Made by a program: the position numbers and the translations under genes
Notes under the pieces: generated by a model
Databases searched by the model: none
What the model was told of the DNA's origin: nothing
The model's input: only the letters and a program-made list of their open reading frames with translations
Part shown: positions 1-6,855 of the stretch, piece by piece
Layout: each line of letters opens with the position of its first letter
Numbering within the stretch: position 1 is the first letter of the stretch
Origin: Thermosyntropha sp.
GTDB lineage: Bacteria > Bacillota > Syntrophomonadia > Syntrophomonadales > Syntrophomonadaceae
Direction of reading: 5' to 3'
Length of the DNA: 24,000 nt
Assembly (NCBI RefSeq): GCF_017656155.1
Contig: NZ_JACDOH010000005.1
Span: 98,678 to 122,677, forward strand

Positions 1-36
1 TTAATAAACCTGTTATTATCGTCCAAGCCGACAAAA

Positions 37-711
37 TTATTTCCTCCTCAACTCATTCTTTATAACCTTAAGCACATCAATAAACTGTTTTCCTCTATGT
101 ATAAAACCTTTCAAATCCCGACCCGTTTCATTATGTCGCATCTCGGTAGGGACTTCTAAGACTCTGAATCCTTGTCTTAAAGCACTTAAAGTCATACCCA
201 ATTCAACCCCATATGCTTCACTGAAAGGGGTAATTGCTTTTAGAACTTCCGCTGTCATAGCCCGCTGTCCGCTTAAAGGGGCAATAGAATCAAATTCCCC
301 TGTCTTTCTTATAATCCAGGCAGCTGTTCCTTTAACTAACCCAAAGCCTCCTTTTTTCCTGGGAGGAGCAAAAGCAGCAATACATAAATCAGCTTTTCCT
401 TCCAGAACAGGTTTAATAATCTTTGAGGCTTCTGCAGAAGTTTCTCCCAGATCAGCATCAAGAAAAACTACTATATCCGTATCTTTTAAATAAGGCAGAG
501 CCGCATTCATGGCTCCGCCTTTTCCCCGATTAACTTTAAGATCTAAAAGCTCTGCTCCTGCATCTTTAACCTTCCGGGCAGTGCCGTCTGTCGACCCATC
601 GTTTATTACCAGAATGCGATTTATCTCCGGGACTTTTTTTACTCCTTCTATAGTAGCAGTAATACGCTCTTCTTCATTATATGCCGGAATAACACAGGCT
701 ATATTTTTCAT
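37..711 (-). CDS. Family 2 glycosyltransferase (GT-A fold, 224 aa)
   Basis: The N-terminal 'VIPAYNEE', 'NDGSTDGT' and 'LDADL' (DxD-type) motifs are typical of GT2 enzymes. The start overlaps the stop of the upstream mctB-like gene by 4 nt (708-711). Confidence 0.8.
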   Translation of the reverse strand: MKNIACVIPAYNEEERITATIEGVKKVPEINRILVINDGSTDGTARKVKDAGAELLDLKVNRGKGGAMNAALPYLKDTDIVVFLDADLGETSAEASKIIKPVLEGKADLCIAAFAPPRKKGGFGLVKGTAAWIIRKTGEFDSIAPLSGQRAMTAEVLKAITPFSEAYGVELGMTLSALRQGFRVLEVPTEMRHNETGRDLKGFIHRGKQFIDVLKVIKNELRRK

Positions 712-1616
712 CTATTTGCACCCCACATACTGTCAACAGGAAGTGAAGGCATAAACTTTTCAGCCGTTTCCTTTATTCCATAATGGCCAGACTCTCCTTC
801 TAAAGCTAGGATCAAAGATATCTGTCCCGGGCTTAAGTCTACGTTATCAATAGTCGTTATATTGTTCTTTTGATAATCTTCCATATATGAATACTCAACT
901 CCTGACACTTCTACCCCCAAAACCTTCATACCTTTATTCAACAAGTCCTCAATAAGTTTCTGGTCAAAATCAGAAGCAAAATAGTTTTCTATATTATTAC
1001 ATCCTCCCACCAGTATTACTCCACTTACAGGCTTATTATAATCGCCGCTGAACTTAACCAGCTCGCTTTCCTCCAAAAAATCTACAACATTAGGGTCAGC
1101 ACCGCCGGGATTAATAATTATTCCAGCTACACTTGAAGCAATATACTTCCTTAAATTATCCACCGAAGTGTCAGCGGGAAGATTATAAAAATCAACAACT
1201 TTTTTTATCAGACTGCTGTCATTGAGCTTTATATTGGCTAAAACTACTGTCTTAGACCCTACCTCAGCCCCAGCCATATTTAAGGCGTTTATAATTCCTG
1301 CTGGAATATCAGTGTTTCCAGTAACCACCACTGCCAGATTATATCCTTTTAAATGATCCTTTATCAGAAAAGGCATTACAGTCCGGCTGTAGTTCTCATA
1401 ATTTTCAATTATTCGGTTTTTACTTTCATTTTGAGCTAAAAGTGCACTTTCCCTCTCGCGCAAAACATCAAATTCCTTTTCCAAACGATCAATAACCTTC
1501 TGCTGCTGGTCAACTAATATGCCACCTCCCTGTATGGTGCTGCCGATAAGTATACCAAGTCCTAAAGCTAAAAAAATGGCAATAATTGAAGCTATGTGAT
1601 ACCTTAAATCAACCAT
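708..1616 (-). CDS. MctB-like 'copper transporter'/DUF3186-family membrane-anchored protein (302 aa)
   Basis: The N-terminus 'MVDLRYHIASIIAIFLALGLGILIG' is the characteristic single-TM start of this family and is followed by a coiled-coil-like segment. The gene is packed between the steA-like and GT2 genes. Confidence 0.6.
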   Translation of the reverse strand: MVDLRYHIASIIAIFLALGLGILIGSTIQGGGILVDQQQKVIDRLEKEFDVLRERESALLAQNESKNRIIENYENYSRTVMPFLIKDHLKGYNLAVVVTGNTDIPAGIINALNMAGAEVGSKTVVLANIKLNDSSLIKKVVDFYNLPADTSVDNLRKYIASSVAGIIINPGGADPNVVDFLEESELVKFSGDYNKPVSGVILVGGCNNIENYFASDFDQKLIEDLLNKGMKVLGVEVSGVEYSYMEDYQKNNITTIDNVDLSPGQISLILALEGESGHYGIKETAEKFMPSLPVDSMWGANR

Positions 1617-1633
1617 AACACTTATCTCCTTAA

Positions 1634-2755
1634 TTAAATACTAAAAAGCAGTTTGATCTGCAGCCAAAGCAGTTTAAAAAAAGGTTTGGTCGCAGGTGAA
1701 ACCCAGAGTATGATAGTTATGGGTACCATTGCCGCTATCAAAAGCTGCATAAGATATTTTGACTGCAAACTTTGCCGGTAAAGCTGACTTACACCTCTTG
1801 CATCAACCAAAATTGACCCTACTTTGAGGCGAACCAAAAAAGTGCTTCCCATTCCTTTACGTCCTTTTTCCAGGAAATCTATCATATTCGAATGGGTTCC
1901 TACTGCTACAATAAGACTTGCGCCGTATTCCCAGGCTAATATCATGGCAACATCTTCACTGGTTCCAGGCATAGGCATTATTTTAGCATCTATACCCATT
2001 CCTTTTACTCTTTCAAATCCAGGAGCTCTGCCATCAGCATAAGCATGAACTACTATCTCAGCTCCACTCTTCAAAGCCTCATCAGATACGCTGTCCATAT
2101 CTCCTACAATTATATCAGGTTTAAGACCAAACTCTAAAAGCGCATCTGCTCCTCCATCTACTCCTATTAAAACCGGCCTTTCTTCCTGAATATATGAACT
2201 TATAGTCCGTAAGTCTTCTTTATAGCTGCTGCCGCGGACAACTATGAGCACATGCCGGTTTAACATGTTGGTAGTGAGGGAAGGAACCTCTGTATTGCCC
2301 AAAAGAATATCTTTTTCCTTTTTAGCATATTCCAGGGTATTATCGACAAAATTGTCCAGTTCAACTTGAATATTTTTATTAGCCTCTTTAATCCTTGCTT
2401 CTACATCTTTTAAAGTAAGAATCCTGCCATGGGCAATCAGCTTTTCTCCCAAAAAAATTTCACCGTCTTTTATAGTAACTAGAGCACCTTCCTTTATCTC
2501 CTCAAAGACAGCTTCACCCACCTCATCTATTATAGGTATCCCTGCCTTTAAAATCTTAAAGGCACCTTTAGCCGGATAGCGCCCGGTTATAGAAGGTAAA
2601 GCATTGATTACAGCCTGCGGCTTTATATCTATTAACGCATTAGCCGCTACCTCATCTATATCATCATGGTTTATTATAGCAATTTCATTTTTTCTAAGCC
2701 TTTTTACCAAATTCTTAGTGCGCCTATCCAGTCTAGCCCTTCCTTTTATGAGCAT
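1634..2755 (-). CDS. steA: SteA-like protein (thiamine-pyrophosphokinase-like domain plus C-terminal TM helix, 373 aa)
   Basis: 'GRARLDRRTKNLVKRL...IAIINHDDID' and 'GVDGGADALLE...PDIIVGDMDS' resemble SteA/TPK-like proteins. The C-terminus is hydrophobic. An AAGGAG SD lies 7 nt upstream of ATG 2755. Confidence 0.65.
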   Translation of the reverse strand: MLIKGRARLDRRTKNLVKRLRKNEIAIINHDDIDEVAANALIDIKPQAVINALPSITGRYPAKGAFKILKAGIPIIDEVGEAVFEEIKEGALVTIKDGEIFLGEKLIAHGRILTLKDVEARIKEANKNIQVELDNFVDNTLEYAKKEKDILLGNTEVPSLTTNMLNRHVLIVVRGSSYKEDLRTISSYIQEERPVLIGVDGGADALLEFGLKPDIIVGDMDSVSDEALKSGAEIVVHAYADGRAPGFERVKGMGIDAKIMPMPGTSEDVAMILAWEYGASLIVAVGTHSNMIDFLEKGRKGMGSTFLVRLKVGSILVDARGVSQLYRQSLQSKYLMQLLIAAMVPITIILWVSPATKPFFKLLWLQIKLLFSI

Positions 2756-2825
2756 ACCGCATCTCCTTAAAATAACCTGAAGTCATTATCTGGTTTATAT
2801 TGGAATTAATATCTTTCAAAATAGT

Positions 2826-2834
2826 ATTATAACA
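2826..2834 (-). promoter_or_regulatory. Candidate extended -10 promoter (TGTTATAAT) for the steA cassette
   Basis: The minus strand reads TGTTATAAT (TATAAT = 2831..2826, TG = 2834..2833), about 70 nt upstream of the steA ATG. The -35 is only weak (TTGGTT, 18-nt spacer). Confidence 0.3.
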
Positions 2835-2940
2835 TATAGCCATCAAATTAACCAAAAAGTATTTGAAGAACGGAAAACGCTCATTTTCCATATATTTCAC
2901 CAAATATTATTATAACCTACTCCAAATTATATTGCTTTAA

Positions 2941-2969
2941 TATAAAAGCCACCTGAGTTATCAGGCGGC
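2941..2969 (-). terminator. Rho-independent terminator downstream of spo0A
   Basis: The minus strand reads GCCGCCTGA-TAAC-TCAGGTGGC (9-bp stem, 2948-2956/2961-2969) followed by TTTTATA. The one imperfect pair is G.U on the minus strand but A.C on the plus strand. Confidence 0.6.
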
Positions 2970-2981
2970 CAAGAAAAAATT

Positions 2982-3785
2982 CTAACTAACCTTATTTTCC
3001 AACCTAAGACGATCCGCTATTATCGCTATGAATTCGGAATTGGTAGGTTTGCCTCTTTCTCCACTTACCGTATAACCAAACAATTTATTTATCTTTTCCA
3101 TGTCTCCACGATCCCAGGCTAATTCAATAGCATGTCTTATAGCCCTTTCCACTCGGCTGGGAGTAGTGTCGTATTTCTCCGCAATGGCAGGATATAATTC
3201 CTTGGTTACTGCACCTAAATAATTTACTTCTTCAACTACTAGCATTATGGCATCCCGTAAGTACTGATAACCTTTGACATGAGCAGGGACTCCAATTTCA
3301 TGAATAACCCTGGTAACTTCCACCTCAAGATTTTTGGGGTTTGATGCCGGCTGAGTAAACGAACCTAAAGTAGATCTGGCTTCATGCCCGGGCTTAATGT
3401 CACGTGCAACTTCCCGCACTCTATCACCCAGCACATTTAAATCAAATGGTTTAAGAATATAATAATCCGCCCCTAACTGTACTGCCTTCTGGGTCACACT
3501 TTCCTGTCCAAACGCAGTCAAAACTATAATTTTAGGGGAGACTTGAGGTTTAACTGTGCTCATGCGTTCTAAAACTCCAATACCATCGATATAAGGCATT
3601 ATCAAATCAAGTATCAAAACTTCAACATCCTCTTTTTTCAGAACTTCTAAAACCTCCATCCCGTTGCTGCATACATCCACCAGATGAAAATCAGGTTCAT
3701 TGTTGAAATATTCCCTCAAAATACCGCAAAATTCCCGGTTATCATCGGCCACCAAAACTTTAATAGGATTATTTTCGTTAAACAT
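2982..3785 (-). CDS. spo0A: Sporulation master regulator Spo0A (response-regulator receiver plus Spo0A C-terminal DNA-binding domain)
   Basis: '[11 protein letters not shown]...[14 protein letters not shown]' is the receiver domain. The C-terminal '[19 protein letters not shown]...[14 protein letters not shown]...KPTNSEFIA' is the Spo0A-specific domain. I prefer ATG 3785 (GAGGGGGAA SD 9 nt upstream) over the ORF-track start at 3851. Confidence 0.95.
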   Translation of the reverse strand: MFNENNPIKVLVADDNREFCGILREYFNNEPDFHLVDVCSNGMEVLEVLKKEDVEVLILDLIMPYIDGIGVLERMSTVKPQVSPKIIVLTAFGQESVTQKAVQLGADYYILKPFDLNVLGDRVREVARDIKPGHEARSTLGSFTQPASNPKNLEVEVTRVIHEIGVPAHVKGYQYLRDAIMLVVEEVNYLGAVTKELYPAIAEKYDTTPSRVERAIRHAIELAWDRGDMEKINKLFGYTVSGERGKPTNSEFIAIIADRLRLENKVS

Positions 3786-3834
3786 AAACCATAATTCCCC
3801 CTCATCCCTCTTTGCAGTTTTGTATATTAAAATT

Positions 3835-3860
3835 TTTCGACTGGACACCAACTATTTCCT
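3835..3860 (-). promoter_or_regulatory. Candidate sigma-H-type promoter (Ps-like) for spo0A
   Basis: The minus strand reads AGGAAAT (3860..3854), then 14 nt, then CGAAA (3839..3835). This resembles the remembered sigma-H consensus AGGAxxT-N14-HGAAT with one -10 mismatch. It lies 50-75 nt upstream of the spo0A start. Confidence 0.3.
3836..3842 (-). promoter_or_regulatory. 0A-box-like site (AGTCGAA, 6/7 match to TGTCGAA) overlapping the candidate -10
   Basis: The plus strand reads TTCGACT at 3836-3842. This is a single-mismatch version of the Spo0A binding consensus. Confidence 0.25.
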
Positions 3861-3991
3861 GCTTTTTTTTTCTAGCAAATTAATCTATAATTTTGCAGAC
3901 ATTAACACAAATATACATTAGCTTTACTATAAAAAAAATCTACCTTCAGCCTTATACCCTATTAAATCAATATTTTTAAATAAGTGTTGTC

Positions 3992-5338
3992 TTAATAATT
4001 TGTCGAAACCTTTTCATTTATTTCTTCTTCCTCAGCTAATTCCGACAGCATATTATCCATAAAAACCGCGTATCCCCGTGCAGGATCGTTCAAAAAAACA
4101 TGGGTTACTACCCCTATTATTTTGCCATCCTGCACTATAGGACTTCCACTCATTCCTTGGATTATGCCTCCGGTTAAACTTAACAACCTAGGATCAGTAA
4201 CCTTTATTATCATTCCTTTACCATTTTTTCTTTCCGGATAAACTTTTTCAACTTCAATAGAAAATTTTTCAATAGCATTATCATTTACTACAGTATACAT
4301 TTCTGCCGAACCTGTTTTTACCTGGTGGGCATAACCTACTTCTACTGGATAATCCACCAAGGGATTTTCCAGCAATTTATCCATCTGCCCATAGATTCCA
4401 AACATTGTATTCTTGGTAATATTTCCGGAAATCTCGTCTTCTCCATCAAAAGTCCCGATCTTTTCTCCCGGTTTTCCCGGTTTGCCTGCTTTAATTGTTT
4501 GTACTGAAGCCCCTACTATCCTTCCTTTTAAAACATTTATACCCTCTTTGGTATCAGCATCAATTATTATATGTCCTAAGGCTGCATATTTTTGAGACTC
4601 CGGATCTATAAAACTCAAAGTCCCTACTCCAACAACACCATCACGCACAAAAAGACCTATCCTGTATCTTTGGGTTTCTGGGCAAAATCTGGCTTTAACC
4701 GGTATACTCATAATCTTTTTTCCTCTTTTTATTCTGATATTAAATGTTCTATCCTTTTTTTCATCAATAATGCGTGCTAAATCGTTCTCAGTTTTAACTT
4801 CATTTCCATCTACCGCCATAATTAGATCTCCTATTTCAATCCCCTGTTCTTTAGCAGGGGAAACTCTTTTGCCATCACTGCTGGTTATAGGTGCAAATCC
4901 TACTACCATAATACCATTCGACTGTAACAACACCCCAATAGAATGTCCTCCTAAAATTACCCTTTTAGGGGGTATTGATTCTACTTCAATAGTTTTAACA
5001 GGAATATACCCTAAAACTTTAAGTTTTATCTCAGCTTTTCCTGGTTTCAAAGCTAATATTTCATAACTGTCCCTATTTTTCCTCACCACAATTGGCGGAT
5101 CTCCAGGCTGGGCAAAAACGCTCTGAGAACTGTGGCTTACCAGCATATCAATCTTATCACTGAGATTTTGAGGAACCTTTATGCTTATCCTGCTCTTTTC
5201 TCCCACCACCAGCCTCTGGCTTTCTGGGAGAGTCAAAATACTTCGCACCTGTGGACTAAAAACAAAAAGTAAAAATAAAATAACAATTATAAAACCTAAA
5301 ACCGGTCGAAATCGGCTTAACTTACGCAACTTTTTCAC
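3992..5338 (-). CDS. spoIVB: SpoIVB serine peptidase (S55 family, PDZ domain; sigma-K checkpoint signalling protease)
   Basis: The protein has an N-terminal signal anchor, a PDZ-like 'GIEIGDLIMAVDGNEV' segment and the catalytic motifs 'AALGHII' and 'GMSGSPIVQDGKIIGVVTHVF'. Position upstream of spo0A is conserved. The start is GTG 5338, or alternatively TTG 5329 (AGGGGAG SD 8 nt upstream). Confidence 0.9.
   Translation of the reverse strand: MKKLRKLSRFRPVLGFIIVILFLLFVFSPQVRSILTLPESQRLVVGEKSRISIKVPQNLSDKIDMLVSHSSQSVFAQPGDPPIVVRKNRDSYEILALKPGKAEIKLKVLGYIPVKTIEVESIPPKRVILGGHSIGVLLQSNGIMVVGFAPITSSDGKRVSPAKEQGIEIGDLIMAVDGNEVKTENDLARIIDEKKDRTFNIRIKRGKKIMSIPVKARFCPETQRYRIGLFVRDGVVGVGTLSFIDPESQKYAALGHIIIDADTKEGINVLKGRIVGASVQTIKAGKPGKPGEKIGTFDGEDEISGNITKNTMFGIYGQMDKLLENPLVDYPVEVGYAHQVKTGSAEMYTVVNDNAIEKFSIEVEKVYPERKNGKGMIIKVTDPRLLSLTGGIIQGMSGSPIVQDGKIIGVVTHVFLNDPARGYAVFMDNMLSELAEEEEINEKVSTNY
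4001..4007 (+). promoter_or_regulatory. Perfect 0A box TGTCGAA upstream of spo0A (inside the last codons of spoIVB)
   Basis: An exact TGTCGAA heptamer lies at 4001-4007, about 215 nt upstream of the spo0A start. Spo0A autoregulation through upstream 0A boxes is established in Bacillus. Confidence 0.3.
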
Positions 5339-5361
5339 TCCCCTGAAAAATTGACATTATA

Positions 5362-5391
5362 TATTCTCTCCCTGCAGGAATGAAAGTATAC
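5362..5391 (-). promoter_or_regulatory. Candidate forespore (sigma-F/G-type) promoter for spoIVB
   Basis: The minus strand reads GTATA (5391..5387), then 15 nt, then GGAGAGAATA (5371..5362). This fits the remembered sigma-F pattern GYATA-N15-GGnnAnAHTR. spoIVB is forespore-expressed in Bacillus. Confidence 0.3.
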
Positions 5392-5453
5392 TGCTTTTTC
5401 AGGGGTCTTAAAAAGCATGATAAATATTATATATAGTCAAAACAGCACTGCCT

Positions 5454-5465
5454 AATTTCTAAAAA
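5454..5465 (+). repeat. 12-nt direct repeat AATTTCTAAAAA, left copy (in the loop of a 6-bp hairpin, 5441-5446/5470-5475)
   Basis: An exact 12-mer is shared with 6758-6769 on the other side of the Rpn gene. An adjacent 9-mer TAGCTGTTG (5468-5476) is also shared with 6720-6728. Confidence 0.3.
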
Positions 5466-5520
5466 ACTAGCTGTTGTCTCAAGTATGCTCAAAAATTTTA
5501 TATCACTCTAATATATACAA

Positions 5521-5529
5521 TGGTATAAT
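5521..5529 (+). promoter_or_regulatory. Candidate extended -10 promoter (TGGTATAAT) for the Rpn gene
   Basis: TG lies at 5521-5522 and TATAAT at 5524-5529, 33 nt upstream of GTG 5562. A GGAGGAG SD lies at 5551-5557. Confidence 0.35.
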
Positions 5530-5561
5530 ATTACAAAATATTGAATTAATGGAGGAGTCCT

Positions 5562-6518
5562 GTGGAGTATATTAAAAACCCGCATGACAGATACTTCAAA
5601 GAAAACATGGACAATACAGAAATTGCTAAAAGTTTTTTTGAATACTACCTTCCCTCAGAATTAAAAAACATCGTCAATCTGGATTTCTTAATCCCCCAGC
5701 AGGAAAGCTTTATCGATGAAGAGCTTAAGGAAAGCTATTCAGATTTATTATTCAAAACCAAAATCAAAGGTGAGGAAGGCTATATATACCTTCTGGTTGA
5801 ACATAAAAGCAGCCCTGATTATTTCACGGTATTACAGGTTTTAAAATACCTTTTAAACATCTGGAACCGGGAAGTAAAAAAGAAAACAAAAAGGAGTTTT
5901 CCCCCCATAGTCCCTCTGGTATTTTACCATGGACAGAGAGAGTGGAAAGTCCCACGAAGCTTTAGCTATCTCATAAAAAACATAGAAAAATATCCGGAAC
6001 TTAAACCCTATATTCCTGATTTTGAATACCTATTAGCCGAAATCTCCCCGGACAAGCCGATAGAAAATATAGAAGGAGCAGTAAAAATATTTCTTGAATT
6101 TATGCGGATAATCTTTCATCCTGATAAAGAAATCTTTAAAATAGAGCTCACACGAAACTTGGCAGAACTGCGCAGGCTTCTTAAAAAAGAAGGAGTTTCA
6201 GATCATTTAATCGATATATTATACAGGAGCTCAGTATTATATATAATAGTGGTAAGGGAAGACATAGAATATGAAGACATAAAAGAATGCATAGATGTAA
6301 CAATCCCGGAAAGGAGTGAGGAGCTTATGACTATCGCGGAAAAGCTTATAAAAGAAGGAATGGAAAAAGGGATACAAAAAGGTGAACTTAAAGCCAAGGA
6401 AGAAACCGCCCGAGAAGCTATAAAAGCAGGAGCCGATTTATCATTTACAGCTAAAATAACCGGACTATCTATGGAACGGATAAAAGAACTGGAGAAAGAA
6501 GTCCAAGAAAATGGATAA
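5562..6518 (+). CDS. Rpn-family recombination-promoting nuclease / YhgA-like PD-(D/E)xK putative transposase (318 aa)
   Basis: The protein matches E. coli RpnA as I remember it: 'NPHDRYFK', 'SFIDEELKESYSDLLF', 'GYIYLLVEHKS' (the D...ExK core) and 'LMTIAEKLIKEG'. It is the only plus-strand gene in the window. It starts at GTG with a GGAGGAG SD. Confidence 0.85.
   Translation: MEYIKNPHDRYFKENMDNTEIAKSFFEYYLPSELKNIVNLDFLIPQQESFIDEELKESYSDLLFKTKIKGEEGYIYLLVEHKSSPDYFTVLQVLKYLLNIWNREVKKKTKRSFPPIVPLVFYHGQREWKVPRSFSYLIKNIEKYPELKPYIPDFEYLLAEISPDKPIENIEGAVKIFLEFMRIIFHPDKEIFKIELTRNLAELRRLLKKEGVSDHLIDILYRSSVLYIIVVREDIEYEDIKECIDVTIPERSEELMTIAEKLIKEGMEKGIQKGELKAKEETAREAIKAGADLSFTAKITGLSMERIKELEKEVQENG
6327..6518 (+). 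CDS. Possible internally initiated C-terminal product of the Rpn gene (RpnS-like, 63 aa, same frame)
   Basis: The in-frame ATG at 6327 is preceded by tandem SD-like AAGGAG (6311-6316) and GAGGAG (6318-6323). It begins at the conserved 'MTIAE' segment. This is a hypothesis only. Confidence 0.3.
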   Translation: MTIAEKLIKEGMEKGIQKGELKAKEETAREAIKAGADLSFTAKITGLSMERIKELEKEVQENG

Positions 6519-6757
6519 TTTAGTCCAATTTTTATATGTTAGTTCCAAAACAATATACAAAACACATGTTTTGCTGGGTTTCGGGCTTTTCTTCAACTTC
6601 TAATAAACCTTTTTTCAATGATTAATAGAAGAATTCAAGAGCCATTTATACAGCACCAGCAGGCTCAACAGTTAAACTTTATATAAAAAATATAACGATA
6701 GAAAAAAATATAAACAAAGTAGCTGTTGCTTGGTATGGTAGTGATTGGAGAAATCTG

Positions 6758-6769
6758 AATTTCTAAAAA
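6758..6769 (+). repeat. 12-nt direct repeat AATTTCTAAAAA, right copy (in the loop of a 7-bp hairpin, 6721-6727/6772-6778)
   Basis: This is an exact copy of 5454-5465. It is flanked by the AGCTGTT/AACAGCT inverted repeat. Confidence 0.3.
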
Positions 6770-6800
6770 CAAACAGCTTTTTCTAACCAACCTTATATGC

Positions 6801-6843
6801 AAACCAAAAGGCTATCGGTACTTTCTCCCTACCGACAGCCTTT
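6801..6843 (-). terminator. Rho-independent terminator downstream of recN
   Basis: The minus strand reads AAAGGCTGTCGGTA-GGGAGAAAG-TACCGATAGCCTTT followed by TGGTTTG. The stem is 11 bp (6810-6820/6830-6840) plus an A/U extension. Its single imperfect pair is G.U on the minus strand only. Confidence 0.6.
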
Positions 6844-6855
6844 AAAATAATCCCT

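Noticed and set aside
3786-3851. N-terminal extensions implied by the ORF-track starts for spo0A (3851), recN (8550), argR (9026), folD paralog 2 (17677), nusB (19968), DUF2273 (20241) and amaP (20846).
   Set aside because: In each case a downstream start has a good SD at 5-10 nt and gives an N-terminus matching the family (for example [15 protein letters not shown] for Spo0A, MLREIYIKNF for RecN, SRRRARE for NusB). The longer forms lack an SD and add non-conserved residues.
6618-6686. A 22-codon ORF (MINRRIQEPFIQHQQAQQLNFI) in the spacer downstream of the Rpn gene.
   Set aside because: It has no SD, no recognisable similarity, and an AT-rich context where such ORFs arise by chance. I cannot support it as a gene or as a pseudogene remnant.
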